This document shows positions 1-9,443 of a stretch of 30,677 bases of DNA, in pieces. Position 1 is the first letter of the stretch. Every line of letters starts with the position of its first letter. The notes under the pieces are model-generated. The model had not been told where the DNA came from, ran no database searches, and worked only from the letters and a program-made list of their open reading frames with translations. Source of the DNA: a virus (lineage: Duplodnaviria > Caudoviricetes); IMG/VR virus record IMGVR_UViG_3300034150_000068, positions 1 through 30,677 of that record, one strand, 5' to 3'. The position numbers were made by a program, and so were the translations under genes.

Positions 1-1
1 C

Positions 2-541
2 CCCCCCGCTAACTTCTATTTTGACGGCCGATCGACCTTGGCTGTTACTTTCGCCCAAGTGTGGTCAGCGGAGGTTAATGTCGTCGATTTCGGCGGGCCG
101 GCGACTAAGCGGCCAGTGTCGCAGGATGAGTTTTTGATTGATGCCGAAACCGGCGAGAAGCGGCTCAAGCGCTGCGATGAGCATTACTCCAAATTTGTTA
201 CGGAGCTCTGGTTTACGATTTATTACCTGATGATCGGCAAACAGCTTCGCAACCTCCCTAAAGAGTGCGCGACGGAGTTGCGGCGGAGGATCTGGCGCTT
301 TGTGACCAAGAGCCGGATCGAGGTTGAGACTAAAAAGGAAATGAAGGAGCGCCTTACCGAGAGCCCGGATCTTGCAGACTCCCTGGTGACGGCCGTTGAA
401 GGAGCGAGACGCCAGGGGTTCCTCATCGCGATTCTGAAAGATATCGCTGTGCCAGAGGAGGACGATGAGGATTGGCTCGATCGCGAGCTTGCCAAACACC
501 GGAAATTTATGCAAAAGAACGAACTCAAGTCGCGCACATGA
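2..541 (+). CDS. terL: Terminase large subunit, C-terminal nuclease part (5'-truncated by the window edge)
   Basis: Frame is open from position 2. Contains IEVETKKEMKERLTESPDLADSL, matching the K..MK.R...SPD.AD motif typical of the TerL C-terminus. Lies upstream of portal, scaffold and capsid. Confidence 0.85.
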   Translation, partial: PPANFYFDGRSTLAVTFAQVWSAEVNVVDFGGPATKRPVSQDEFLIDAETGEKRLKRCDEHYSKFVTELWFTIYYLMIGKQLRNLPKECATELRRRIWRFVTKSRIEVETKKEMKERLTESPDLADSLVTAVEGARRQGFLIAILKDIAVPEEDDEDWLDRELAKHRKFMQKNELKSRT

Positions 542-726
542 AACCGCTCCCGCTCCCCAACTCAGTCCTCCCGGCAAAGCTTTACGTGATTTTGAACGGC
601 GTCGGCAAAGTGATCGATGAGGTTACGGCGGGCAATTCCTCTCAGGCGATGAGGGTAGCGGAGGAGCGTGCCAAACAGCCCAAGCAATGCAGGGTCGCAA
701 TTCTCAAAACCCATCGTCACGTATGA
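538..726 (+). CDS. Small hypothetical protein (62 aa)
   Basis: ATG at 538 overlaps the terL stop (ATGA), and its own stop overlaps the next ATG at 723, consistent with translational coupling. Confidence 0.6.
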   Translation: MKPLPLPNSVLPAKLYVILNGVGKVIDEVTAGNSSQAMRVAEERAKQPKQCRVAILKTHRHV

Positions 727-1028
727 ACGAATCTTTTTCACGCACAGTTTTCCCCTCTGGCGGCTGGCAATACTTTCAGCCTCAAACGATGTGGAGTGCT
801 CCCAATCCGATCGCCAACACTTTCAGCCAGCAAGTTGTTAATATCATCAAGCATCGGGTGAAGAATCCCGCGATCGTCGCTCAGCACGGTCTGTCTCTGG
901 ATCCCATTACGGTCGGCGATGAGCTCGAGGCTTTCAATCGCCAGCGCCTGGGATTGCAACCTACGATTTCAGCGCCTTCAGCCGGTCAAGCTGTCGTCCC
1001 TCTCGCAACCTCCTGCTGCGGTCATTAA
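723..1028 (+). CDS. Hypothetical protein, paralog of the N-terminal domain of 1035..1721
   Basis: FSRTVFPSGGWQYFQPQTMWSAPNP...GDELEAFNRQRLG aligns without gaps to the next ORF. ATGA overlap at 723. Confidence 0.8.
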   Translation: MNESFSRTVFPSGGWQYFQPQTMWSAPNPIANTFSQQVVNIIKHRVKNPAIVAQHGLSLDPITVGDELEAFNRQRLGLQPTISAPSAGQAVVPLATSCCGH

Positions 1029-1034
1029 GAATTT

Positions 1035-1721
1035 ATGAGCAACTTTTCTCGAACCGCCTTCCCCAACGGAGGTTGGCAATACTACCACAGCCAAAGCAAA
1101 TGGAGTGCGCCCAATCCCAAAGGCAACACGTTCGATCAGCAAGTAAACGAGATCATTAAGCATCGCCGTCTAAACCCCGCGATGTTGATCCAGCACAAGC
1201 TCTCAATCGATCCGGTTATCGTGGGCAACGAGCTCGAGGCGTATAACCGTGCGCGCCTGGGTATCCCGGCAATCCTGCCAGCGGCGCGCCATGATGTTCC
1301 TCCTCCGGAAAGCTCGCCGCTCCTTTCGGTACCGGTAAGGGACGCGATCTCCGCCGTGAAGAAGATTGCGGCCGGAGCTGCGCTCCTCATGGAATGGGAA
1401 GAGAGCGGATTGCCTCCGGAGCCTGCGGCCGTCTCTGAAGCCAGGGCAGTAATCTGCGCTACCTGCCCAAAAAATGAGAAAGGCAAAAGCCTCACTGAGA
1501 TTTTCACCGTGCCGGCATCAAACCGGATTTTGGACAAACTCAAACGCTTGCATGATCTGAATCTGAAAACCTCGAAGGACGCAGATCTCGCTGTCTGCCA
1601 AGCGTGCCTCTGCCCCCTCAAACTCAAAGTTCATACGCCAATGAGCTTGATCCAAAAACGGACCAAGCCGGAGCAACGCGCTGAGCTCCATCCCCAATGC
1701 TGGATCCTGGCCGCTCCGTGA
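1035..1721 (+). CDS. Hypothetical protein with a C-terminal Cys-rich, likely Zn-binding domain
   Basis: N-terminal domain is duplicated in 723..1028. C-terminus has the pattern CATCPKN...CQACLCPLKLKV...CW. Confidence 0.8.
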   Translation: MSNFSRTAFPNGGWQYYHSQSKWSAPNPKGNTFDQQVNEIIKHRRLNPAMLIQHKLSIDPVIVGNELEAYNRARLGIPAILPAARHDVPPPESSPLLSVPVRDAISAVKKIAAGAALLMEWEESGLPPEPAAVSEARAVICATCPKNEKGKSLTEIFTVPASNRILDKLKRLHDLNLKTSKDADLAVCQACLCPLKLKVHTPMSLIQKRTKPEQRAELHPQCWILAAP

Positions 1722-2422
1722 TCCATGTTGTTTATATCGCGGTTTCGGGCGGGCCCTTGACCCATGAATACTGCGCTCGCTTCGTTGGTAGTTACCTTGC
1801 CAATCCTCCCGGCGCGACTAACCGCGTAATTGTCGTCTGCAACGGCGGCGCGCTCCCGATCGAGACTCAGATGCTCTTTCTCCCGCTCAACGCCACCTTT
1901 CTATTGAGGGCTAACGATCCCTCCTGGGATATCGGCGGGTATATGGACGCGGCGAGCCAGTTTCAGGGGAAGTTTCTCTTTTGCTGCGGAGAGACGGTTT
2001 ATTTTCATCGCGAGGGATGGCTTGCCAGGATGGCTGATGCTTGGGAGAAATACGGAAACGGCATGTATGGCTCTTTCTCGAGCAACCTTGTCCGAACGCA
2101 CTTAAACACCACGGCTTTCGCCTGCGATGCAGCTTCACTCCTGAGCTACCCACGTCCAATGAACCGCGGCCAGCGCTACAATTTCGAGCACGGCTCAGAC
2201 TCGCTTTGGCGGCGGCTACACCAGCACGGCAAGCCGGTCAAGCTGGTGACGTGGAACGGGTGCTGGGATCCGGTCCATTGGCGTCTCCCGATGGATATCC
2301 TTTGGCGCGGGGATCAGACTAACTGCCTGAGCTTCTGTTCGCATACCGATCGCTATCGAGCGTCCGCGCCAAAAATTAAACGCCAGTGGGCAGCCTGGGC
2401 CGATGGTCCTTACCGCTTATGA
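1718..2422 (+). CDS. Glycosyltransferase-like protein (GT-A-like), paralog of 2419..3102
   Basis: GTGA overlap start. N-terminal beta strand IHVVYIAV; motifs NDPSWDIGGY, GWLARMADA, HLNTTAF and FEHG are shared with the next gene. Confidence 0.6.
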   Translation: MIHVVYIAVSGGPLTHEYCARFVGSYLANPPGATNRVIVVCNGGALPIETQMLFLPLNATFLLRANDPSWDIGGYMDAASQFQGKFLFCCGETVYFHREGWLARMADAWEKYGNGMYGSFSSNLVRTHLNTTAFACDAASLLSYPRPMNRGQRYNFEHGSDSLWRRLHQHGKPVKLVTWNGCWDPVHWRLPMDILWRGDQTNCLSFCSHTDRYRASAPKIKRQWAAWADGPYRL

Positions 2423-3102
2423 GAATCGCAGTTGTTTACATATTCCCTGTTTTCGAAGGCGCGTTTTTTGATAACGCGTGCCGATTCATCGCCACGTACA
2501 ACGAGAATCCGCCAGGGATGGAGCATCAGCTTATTTTTGTCTCCAATGGCGGCAAGCCAACGCTCGAAATGCGTGCCTTGGCGGAGTCCTGCAACCATCC
2601 GGTAGAATGGTTTGAGCACGACAACTCAGGCTATGACATGGGAGGCTTTCAAGCGGCCGCTCGCTCTATCCCTTGCGAGATGATGCTCTTCCTTGGGAGC
2701 AGCGCGTATCTACGCCGTCCGCAATGGCTCTCGCGGATGGCTGAGGCTTTCGTGAAGCACGGCAATGCCGCGATCTACGGCAGTACCGCCAACTGCGGCG
2801 ATGCCCGGGTAAATGTGTTCCCGCATATCCGGACCACAGGCTTTTGGATGGCGCCGATGATCATGAACATGTATCCGTTCAAAGTATCGCGGCCTGAGCA
2901 TCGATATCCGGCTGAGCACGGTGCCAACTGCCTTACAGAGTGGGCGAAGGCCCAAGGGTACCCCGCATTCATGGTCACCTGGGATGCTGAGGCGGAATGG
3001 CCAAATTGGGACTCGGTACCGGAATCGTTTCACCAAGGCCACCAAAACGGATTATTAGTTGGGGATCGTTTAACTTCTCCCCCTTACTACCCTTATCCAT
3101 GA
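2419..3102 (+). CDS. Glycosyltransferase-like protein (GT-A-like)
   Basis: ATGA overlap start. Motifs DNSGYDMGGF (N.G.D.G as in RgpF/rhamnan-synthesis-like GTs), WLSRMAEA, HIRTTGF, AEHG. Confidence 0.6.
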   Translation: MRIAVVYIFPVFEGAFFDNACRFIATYNENPPGMEHQLIFVSNGGKPTLEMRALAESCNHPVEWFEHDNSGYDMGGFQAAARSIPCEMMLFLGSSAYLRRPQWLSRMAEAFVKHGNAAIYGSTANCGDARVNVFPHIRTTGFWMAPMIMNMYPFKVSRPEHRYPAEHGANCLTEWAKAQGYPAFMVTWDAEAEWPNWDSVPESFHQGHQNGLLVGDRLTSPPYYPYP

Positions 3103-3785
3103 AAATTGCAATTTTTTACCATACCCTTTTCTACCTGGGCAGCCCTCCGGACCTGAGGCCGATGGCTGTCGATATCGTGAGCGAGCAGATTACGCAGATG
3201 GAAAAAGCGGGACTCATTTGTGCGGCCGGCGAAATGATCGTAGGCGTCAACGGCGGCGAGGAGAGCGAGGACATTGCTCGAGTGCTCTTGCCACCCAAAG
3301 CCAAGTTGGTTTTTCACGGCCTGCAATCGCGTGCGGAGAATCCAACGATCGTTCTGCTCGAGAATTGGGCTAAGACTCATCCCGGCTGGGCGATCCTTTA
3401 CCTGCACAGTAAAGGCGCGAGCCATGAGCACGGGAGTCCCTACGGCCAGAACGTCTCTGGTCCCTGGCGCCATGCCATGATGGCTGATCTTGTCGACAAC
3501 TGGCGCGCCTGCGTAGCCGACCTGTCAGCCGGCGCCGAAATGGTTTGCTCACACTTCATGAGGAACATGGCAGACGGGTCACAGCATATCCCTGCCGGTA
3601 ATTTTCTGTGGACTACTTCAAACTTTGTTCGCACTCTGCCGTCCATATTCATGCGTGAACGGATCAAAGTCTCCGGTATTGCCGCACTCGAGAGCCGATA
3701 TGAGGCAGAGGTGTACTGGGGCAACGGTCCAAGGTTGCCCATGGTGAAGGAGTGGCGCCCCACTGGCGGGGGCGGCTGTCCGTAA
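3099..3785 (+). CDS. Glycosyltransferase-like protein
   Basis: ATGA overlap start. Motifs ILYLHSKG, W.HAM, GNFLW and R..AE.YWG resemble the YLHTKG / GNFWW family of phage GT-like proteins. Confidence 0.6.
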   Translation: MKIAIFYHTLFYLGSPPDLRPMAVDIVSEQITQMEKAGLICAAGEMIVGVNGGEESEDIARVLLPPKAKLVFHGLQSRAENPTIVLLENWAKTHPGWAILYLHSKGASHEHGSPYGQNVSGPWRHAMMADLVDNWRACVADLSAGAEMVCSHFMRNMADGSQHIPAGNFLWTTSNFVRTLPSIFMRERIKVSGIAALESRYEAEVYWGNGPRLPMVKEWRPTGGGGCP

Positions 3786-4879
3786 TGAGTCCGGAGCTTG
3801 AGGCGGAATACGCGGACGCGGCGCGCCCTTTCTACGAGGGCGGTGGCGCCATCACGGAGGAAGTTACCAAACTAAAAGGCTGGCGTTTCTTTTTAGAGAT
3901 CAATTCAGTCTGCAATCTCCGTTGCCCGACGTGCACCAAGGGCAATCAGGCTGCCGTCGACGGTTTGAAGTATGACCACCAAACCGGCATCATGGATGAG
4001 TCTCTGATGGAGCGAATCCTAGACAAAATCCAATCCGAAAACCCTAAGGCATTGATCTTCCTTTACGGCAATTCTGAGGGTTTCATTCATCCCCGTTTGC
4101 CCGAGTGCATCGCCTCAGTAAAGCGCCGCGGGCTGTCTCCTCAGTTATCCAGTAACCTTAACTATATTCAGCGTGTACCTGAGACGTTGGAAGCTGGGCC
4201 GGACCTGATAATCATCAGCCTCTCGGGCTGGACTCAGGAAGTTTACGAGAAAGGGCACGTTGGCGGTAACATCGAAAAGGTTAAGGCCAACATGCGGATT
4301 CTGGCGGAAGCCAACAACCAGCGCCCCGCCGAAAAACGGATCGATATCAGAGTCAATTTCCATGTTTACATGGATAACACTCACGAGATTGAGCCGATGA
4401 AGGAGTACGCCACTAACTTGGGGCTTGGCTTCTTCACGTCGCTCGCTCGGGCCATTTCAATGGAAAGCACGATTCAGTACGAGCGCCACTTGGACCCCGA
4501 TGCCACGCCATTCGAGATACAAGAAGGGCAACCAGATTGGAACCAGCTTCTACCTCCGGTGTCTCAGACTTATATCGACAGCATGAAGCGTCTTAAAATC
4601 CAGCCAACTCAGGCGCGGGAGATGTACCAGCATTATCCAGTTCGAGAGGCTTGCCCTGTTGGCGCAGGAATGCTTTTCACTTTTATTAGGCATGACGGAT
4701 TAGTGCAGATGTGCGCATGCACAGCGGATCGGAGGATTACGCTCGGAAACTATTTGGATCTGACTCCAGACCAAATGATCGAGAAAAGGCACGGACATTC
4801 GATTTGCAAGCAGTGCCTAAAATACCGGAATAACCTTTACTACAATCTCGTTGATCGAGACAAATGGGAATCGCCATGA
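3785..4879 (+). CDS. Radical SAM protein with SPASM/twitch-like C-terminal domain
   Basis: CNLRCPTC (CxxxCxxC) motif. C-terminal CPV...IRHDGLVQMCACT...LGN...CKQC. Confidence 0.92.
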   Translation: MSPELEAEYADAARPFYEGGGAITEEVTKLKGWRFFLEINSVCNLRCPTCTKGNQAAVDGLKYDHQTGIMDESLMERILDKIQSENPKALIFLYGNSEGFIHPRLPECIASVKRRGLSPQLSSNLNYIQRVPETLEAGPDLIIISLSGWTQEVYEKGHVGGNIEKVKANMRILAEANNQRPAEKRIDIRVNFHVYMDNTHEIEPMKEYATNLGLGFFTSLARAISMESTIQYERHLDPDATPFEIQEGQPDWNQLLPPVSQTYIDSMKRLKIQPTQAREMYQHYPVREACPVGAGMLFTFIRHDGLVQMCACTADRRITLGNYLDLTPDQMIEKRHGHSICKQCLKYRNNLYYNLVDRDKWESP

Positions 4880-5070
4880 AAGACTTGACCGGAGAAGTAT
4901 TCGGAAAACTGACAGTGATTGCGCTACACGGAACCCGTCCATACCCAGGCGGAGGGGACGGCGTAACAATGGCCGCAAAGCAATGGGCGAATAAATCGGG
5001 CATCCCGTACACCACCCTGCTACATCGCTTAAATCAGGGATGGCTAGACGAAAGGGCGGTTCAGCCTTGA
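4876..5070 (+). pseudogene. Internally deleted HNH homing-endonuclease remnant (ORF still open, 64 aa)
   Basis: N-terminal MKDLTGEVFGKLTVI and C-terminal QWANKSGIPYTTLLHRLNQGW match the two ends of phage HNH homing endonucleases. No HNH core lies between them. Confidence 0.7.
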
Positions 5071-5693
5071 AAACCCTTGATGAGACTGGGATCGAGAACG
5101 GCACAGACAAAGCCAGCGTTTTTACAAGGACCTACGCCAAGCCTCATGATTACCTGAGGCACATGGAGCGGTTCTTTGCGACTCTCAAGGACAAGCCGAT
5201 CAAACTTGTTGAGATTGGAGTCGGCGGCGGAGAGTCGATCCGCACTTGGCTCGATTACTTCGCTTTCGCCTGGGTCCTTGGAATAGACAACGTGCACGAT
5301 ACAAACAGGTGGAACACTCCAAAAAAGTGGAATACCTGCGACGCGGAGTCGGACGGTTACGATCGATACGCTTTCATGGCCGCGGATCAAACCGATCCAA
5401 CTTTTTGGGCGTGCTTTGCGGCGGACGTTGGGCGAGCTGTCGATATCGCCATCGACGATGGCTCCCATGAACCTAAGGGGGTGCAAATGTCCTTTGCTGG
5501 CTTGTGGCCGCTCATTAAGCCAGGGGGATTTTACGTGATCGAGGATTTAGGCTGTGGCTTTACCACCCCGGGCCTCCCCACACACTGGGAATTTATGGCG
5601 GCTTACCTCGCTCCGCTCATGATTGGCGGGCTTGAAGATCTCGATTCGATTTACATTGCCCGCGAATTGGCAATAATCCGAAAGAAAGGCTAA
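5067..5693 (+). CDS. Class I SAM-dependent methyltransferase (sugar O-methyltransferase-like)
   Basis: Motifs LVEIGVGGGES, IAIDDGSH, LIKPGGFYVIEDL. TTG start at 5067 overlaps the previous stop. Confidence 0.9.
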   Translation: MKTLDETGIENGTDKASVFTRTYAKPHDYLRHMERFFATLKDKPIKLVEIGVGGGESIRTWLDYFAFAWVLGIDNVHDTNRWNTPKKWNTCDAESDGYDRYAFMAADQTDPTFWACFAADVGRAVDIAIDDGSHEPKGVQMSFAGLWPLIKPGGFYVIEDLGCGFTTPGLPTHWEFMAAYLAPLMIGGLEDLDSIYIARELAIIRKKG

Positions 5694-5695
5694 CC

Positions 5696-7003
5696 GTGTA
5701 CACCATTCACAACCGCTGCCGTGCCTGCAACTTTGGCCCTCCCATTCTCCCCGGCGGAACAAAAGCGGGAGCCAACTCCGATCGCCTGCTCCCTGCGTTC
5801 AGCCTGGGGGTTCAGCCGCTCGCTAACGATTTCTGCGCAGACGGCGAGGAGCGAGCCGGTTTTGCGCCGCTCGAGATTCTCCTCTGCCCTCAATGCGGTT
5901 TGGCGCAGTTGAGCGTAGTTGTTGACCCTGGGATCCTTTACGCCAAAGATTATCCCTACGTAACCAGCAAGAGTGACACCATGCGGCAACATTTTGAGCT
6001 TCTCTGGAAGGATTGTAGCTCGCTGGCCACTTCGAAAACTGTCATCGAGGTTGGCAGCAACGATGGGGATTTCCTCAATTACTGCCGGCAGCACGGCGCA
6101 GAAGCTGTGATCGGTATCGAGCCGGCTGCCAATCTGGCGACGGCGGCCGAAAAGCAGGGCATCCGGACGATCCGCGATTTCTTCAACCCCGCCTCAGCCG
6201 CGATGGCTAGCCAAGCCATGCCCAAAGTGGGGATGATCTTTGCCCGTCACGTCTTTTGCCACGTACCGGACTGGCAAGCCTTCATGGCTAACCTGCAACT
6301 CTTGGCTGGGCCCGAGACTCTGATTTGTATCGAGGTGCCTTACGTGATGGATCAACTCAAGGCGATCAGCTTTGACCAGATTTACCATGAGCATTGCAGC
6401 TATCTCTCCATCCGTGCGATCAAAGCCCTGCTCAACGGCGGCCCGTTCTGTCTCAAAGATCTCAAGCATTACATGATTCACGGCGGCGCGATTCTGCTCA
6501 TGATTCAGCGCCGTAGCCCTGAGGTAAAGGCCAGTCAAACGGTCCTCGAGTACCTCGACGCGGAGAACGCGACGTATGAAAGCTGGCAGGAGTTTGCCAT
6601 GAAGAGCACGGACGCGATCGAGAAACTCAAAGGCTTGATCAAGCAGCTTCGGAGGGATGGTAAAAGGGTTGTGGGTTTCGGCGCCTCCGCCAAAAGCACG
6701 GTATGGATCAACGCGATGGGGCTAACTCGCGCTGATCTGTCCTGCGTCTACGATTGCACTCCTTCAAAGTGGTATCGGTACATTCCAGGCACGGATATCC
6801 CGATCGTTAACCAGGGCGGGTTTTACGTCGACGATCCGGAGTATGCAGTGCTTTTCAGTTGGAACTACGAGATCGAAATTATGGACAAGAACCGGAAATG
6901 GATGGAAGGCGGTGGGTCGTTCATTGTCCCCATTCCGGAGGCGAAAATCTATCGCGCTGAGACGTCTTTCAAGCCTTACGATGCGCCAGTTGCTGCCGGT
7001 TAA
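5696..7003 (+). CDS. NDP-hexose C3-methyltransferase family (C-methyltransferase)
   Basis: N-terminal Zn site CRAC...CPQCGLAQL, then LGVQPLANDF, VIEVGSNDG, FDQIYHEH, IHGG, GFGASAKS, YIPGTDIPI and SWNY. Confidence 0.93.
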   Translation: MYTIHNRCRACNFGPPILPGGTKAGANSDRLLPAFSLGVQPLANDFCADGEERAGFAPLEILLCPQCGLAQLSVVVDPGILYAKDYPYVTSKSDTMRQHFELLWKDCSSLATSKTVIEVGSNDGDFLNYCRQHGAEAVIGIEPAANLATAAEKQGIRTIRDFFNPASAAMASQAMPKVGMIFARHVFCHVPDWQAFMANLQLLAGPETLICIEVPYVMDQLKAISFDQIYHEHCSYLSIRAIKALLNGGPFCLKDLKHYMIHGGAILLMIQRRSPEVKASQTVLEYLDAENATYESWQEFAMKSTDAIEKLKGLIKQLRRDGKRVVGFGASAKSTVWINAMGLTRADLSCVYDCTPSKWYRYIPGTDIPIVNQGGFYVDDPEYAVLFSWNYEIEIMDKNRKWMEGGGSFIVPIPEAKIYRAETSFKPYDAPVAAG

Positions 7004-7005
7004 TG

Positions 7006-7035
7006 CTTGCAGTGCTCACTGCAAGGGTTTATTGC
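7006..7035 (+). promoter_or_regulatory. 20-bp palindrome overlapping a putative promoter upstream of the portal gene
   Basis: CTTGCAGTG-CT-CACTGCAAG (7006-7025) is a perfect 9-bp inverted repeat. TTGCAG(7007)-17 nt-TATTGC(7030). Confidence 0.5.
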
Positions 7036-7044
7036 CCACGGTGA

Positions 7045-9360
7045 ATGAGCACCGCGAAAGAAGTAACGGATCGTTGGGATAACGCCTCCCTCGTAAATCA
7101 GCAAGTTTGGGATTGGCGCTTAGCCGATCTGCCTCGCGGAGAAAATCGCACCATTCTAGATCGCCTTTACAACGGCGATCCGCCCTTCGATGAAGCCTTG
7201 GCGGAAGAAAACCAGATCGAGATCAACCGCAATAACCTCGAGGGCCCTAACCTCCTGGGCAACGCTCGCCGGCAATGGAATGCGGCCATGCTCAAATCTG
7301 GAAATTTCTTCAATATCGCAGTTCACCGCGGCGCAAAGCACATGCGCCGGGAGTATGGGCACACCATCACCAAGAATCTCAATCGCGTGCTTCGTAGAAG
7401 TATGCCCTACAAAGAGCAGCGCAGGCAGACTGGCGCAGGTGTGATGCTTCATGGAATCGGGCCCACAAGCTGGGACACGCGCCGCGGGATGGTTCCTGAT
7501 GTCCTTCCGATATCGAGCATTTTAGTCCCGAGCGAGACGCTTGTATCAGGCGCGAACATTGATCGCTTTGCGCTTTTCCGAGAATACACCCCCGCTCAGC
7601 TCTACTCCCTCACGCACGGTCCCAAAAAGGATCCCGGCTGGCAGATGGATACGGTCATGAGTCAGTGGAACTACGTCCGCCAGATGACTCAGAAACAGCC
7701 AAACGCGACGGCTTACCAGTACATGCCGGAGCGCATCGAGGATCTCGCCAAGCAGGATCTCGGTTTTTGGGGCTCTGATGCCGTTCCTACGATCGATTGC
7801 TGGGACTTTTATTTTCGCGGCGAAAAGGATACGGACGGCTGGTACCGCAGGGTGATTCTTGACTGGGGTGTAACTCAGGAAAACTTCAGCCAGTATCCAG
7901 CCGGAGCCCCTCCGCCAAAGGAGCCCAAGAATGACAACTTTCTCTATACCTCCGGCAGCCGTCGCTACGCCAATTCGCTAAATGAGATCGTGCACTTCAA
8001 TTTCGGAGACTGCTCCGCGGTTGCTCCGTTCAAGTACCATTCCGTGCGTTCCCTGGGGTGGATGCTTTGGGGCGTGTGCGACCTCGAAAACCGATTGCAC
8101 TGCAAATTCAATGAAGCGGTTTTCGAGCAGCTACTCTGGTTCTTCCGCGTCGCCGGCAATTCCGATATGACGCGCATTAAAAAGGCGCTCTTTAGCCATA
8201 TGGGCGTAATCCCGGCAGGCGTAGCGATGGTCAAGAACGATGAGCGTTACAAGCCGGATGCCGCCCTAATGGAGTTGGCGTTTAGCCGCAATCAGTCGGC
8301 CATGCAGCGCTTTTCCTCGAGCTTCACGCAGGACGCGACTCGAGGCGATAAGGAGATGACAGCAACCGAAACCATGGCCCGGGTTAACACCGTCAATCAG
8401 CTTGTGTCCGGAATGATGCAACTCGCTTACGAGTACGAGGAGGCAAAGGATTACGAGATCTGCCGGCGGGCCTGTATCCGGACTCTGCCCGATCGCATGG
8501 CCAGGGAGTTTCAGCGCGCCTGCCTCGAGGAGAATGTTCCGGAAGAGGTTTTGAATGTCGATTGCTGGGAGCTCACTGAGGAACGCACCCTGGGCGCCGG
8601 CAACAAACAAATCGAGATGGCTCAGGTCCAGTTCCTACAGCAACTCCGCCCGAAACTCGGGCCGGATGCTCAGCGCAAGGTGGACCATATTTCGATCGAG
8701 TCTGCGCTTGATGATGCAGCCGTTGCAGAAGATCTGGCGCCGATTGAAGGGCAGAGCAAAATCAGTAACTCGATGCATGACGCAATGTTGGCGACTGATC
8801 GGCTCATGCGGGGGCTCATATTTGTGCCAGGGCCGGATATGGTCTATGAAGATTACGTGAAGGTTTGGTTAGCTGATCTTACGCAGATGGTCGAAGGCGC
8901 CGTCCAATCAGGCGGGATGGCATCCCCGTCCGATATCCTGGGCTGGCAGAACATGGCAAAAACGATCGACGCTTTCCTCAAGATCATGGAGTCGGACGAA
9001 GAGCAGGCTCAAAACGTCCGTGCGTATCGCGAGAAACTCTCAGAGCAAATGAACCATGTTAAAGCCTTCACTCAGCGCCTGCAGCAGCAGATGGAGGCTC
9101 AGCAGAAGAATAACGGCGACGGCCAGCAACAGGCGGAGGCAGCCAAAGCGATGCTCGATATCAAGCTCGAGCAGGCTCGCGGCCAGCTTAAGCTCAAGAA
9201 CGCTGAGGCGAGCCACGCGCAGAAGACGGCACAGCGACAGGTACAATTCGAACTCGATCAACAGCGCGAGGATCGCCGGACCAATGCGGAGATTCGCCGG
9301 AAAACAGCCGATCATGCGCTTGATCTCACCGCTAACCGCATGAAAGCGTTTCAGGAGTAG
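7045..9360 (+). CDS. Portal protein (podovirus/P22-like) with Q-rich C-terminal coiled coil
   Basis: 771 aa, located between terminase and scaffold/capsid. Has the EMTATETMAR motif typical of portals and a long Q/A-rich helical tail. Confidence 0.82.
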   Translation: MSTAKEVTDRWDNASLVNQQVWDWRLADLPRGENRTILDRLYNGDPPFDEALAEENQIEINRNNLEGPNLLGNARRQWNAAMLKSGNFFNIAVHRGAKHMRREYGHTITKNLNRVLRRSMPYKEQRRQTGAGVMLHGIGPTSWDTRRGMVPDVLPISSILVPSETLVSGANIDRFALFREYTPAQLYSLTHGPKKDPGWQMDTVMSQWNYVRQMTQKQPNATAYQYMPERIEDLAKQDLGFWGSDAVPTIDCWDFYFRGEKDTDGWYRRVILDWGVTQENFSQYPAGAPPPKEPKNDNFLYTSGSRRYANSLNEIVHFNFGDCSAVAPFKYHSVRSLGWMLWGVCDLENRLHCKFNEAVFEQLLWFFRVAGNSDMTRIKKALFSHMGVIPAGVAMVKNDERYKPDAALMELAFSRNQSAMQRFSSSFTQDATRGDKEMTATETMARVNTVNQLVSGMMQLAYEYEEAKDYEICRRACIRTLPDRMAREFQRACLEENVPEEVLNVDCWELTEERTLGAGNKQIEMAQVQFLQQLRPKLGPDAQRKVDHISIESALDDAAVAEDLAPIEGQSKISNSMHDAMLATDRLMRGLIFVPGPDMVYEDYVKVWLADLTQMVEGAVQSGGMASPSDILGWQNMAKTIDAFLKIMESDEEQAQNVRAYREKLSEQMNHVKAFTQRLQQQMEAQQKNNGDGQQQAEAAKAMLDIKLEQARGQLKLKNAEASHAQKTAQRQVQFELDQQREDRRTNAEIRRKTADHALDLTANRMKAFQE

Positions 9361-9362
9361 CC

Positions 9363-9443
9363 ATGCCTGAGGGCTGGGCAGATGAGGGAGACGAAGAAGC
9401 GCCCGGGCTGCCGGAGGATCAGGGCTGGAATGATGACGAATGA
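9363..9443 (+). CDS. Acidic micro-peptide MPEGWADEGDEEAPGLPEDQGWNDDE (26 aa)
   Basis: Fills the gap between portal and ATP-grasp genes: ATG 2 nt after the portal stop, and its TGA overlaps the next ATG (ATGA 9440-9443). Below the ORF-track size cut-off. Confidence 0.55.
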   Translation: MPEGWADEGDEEAPGLPEDQGWNDDE

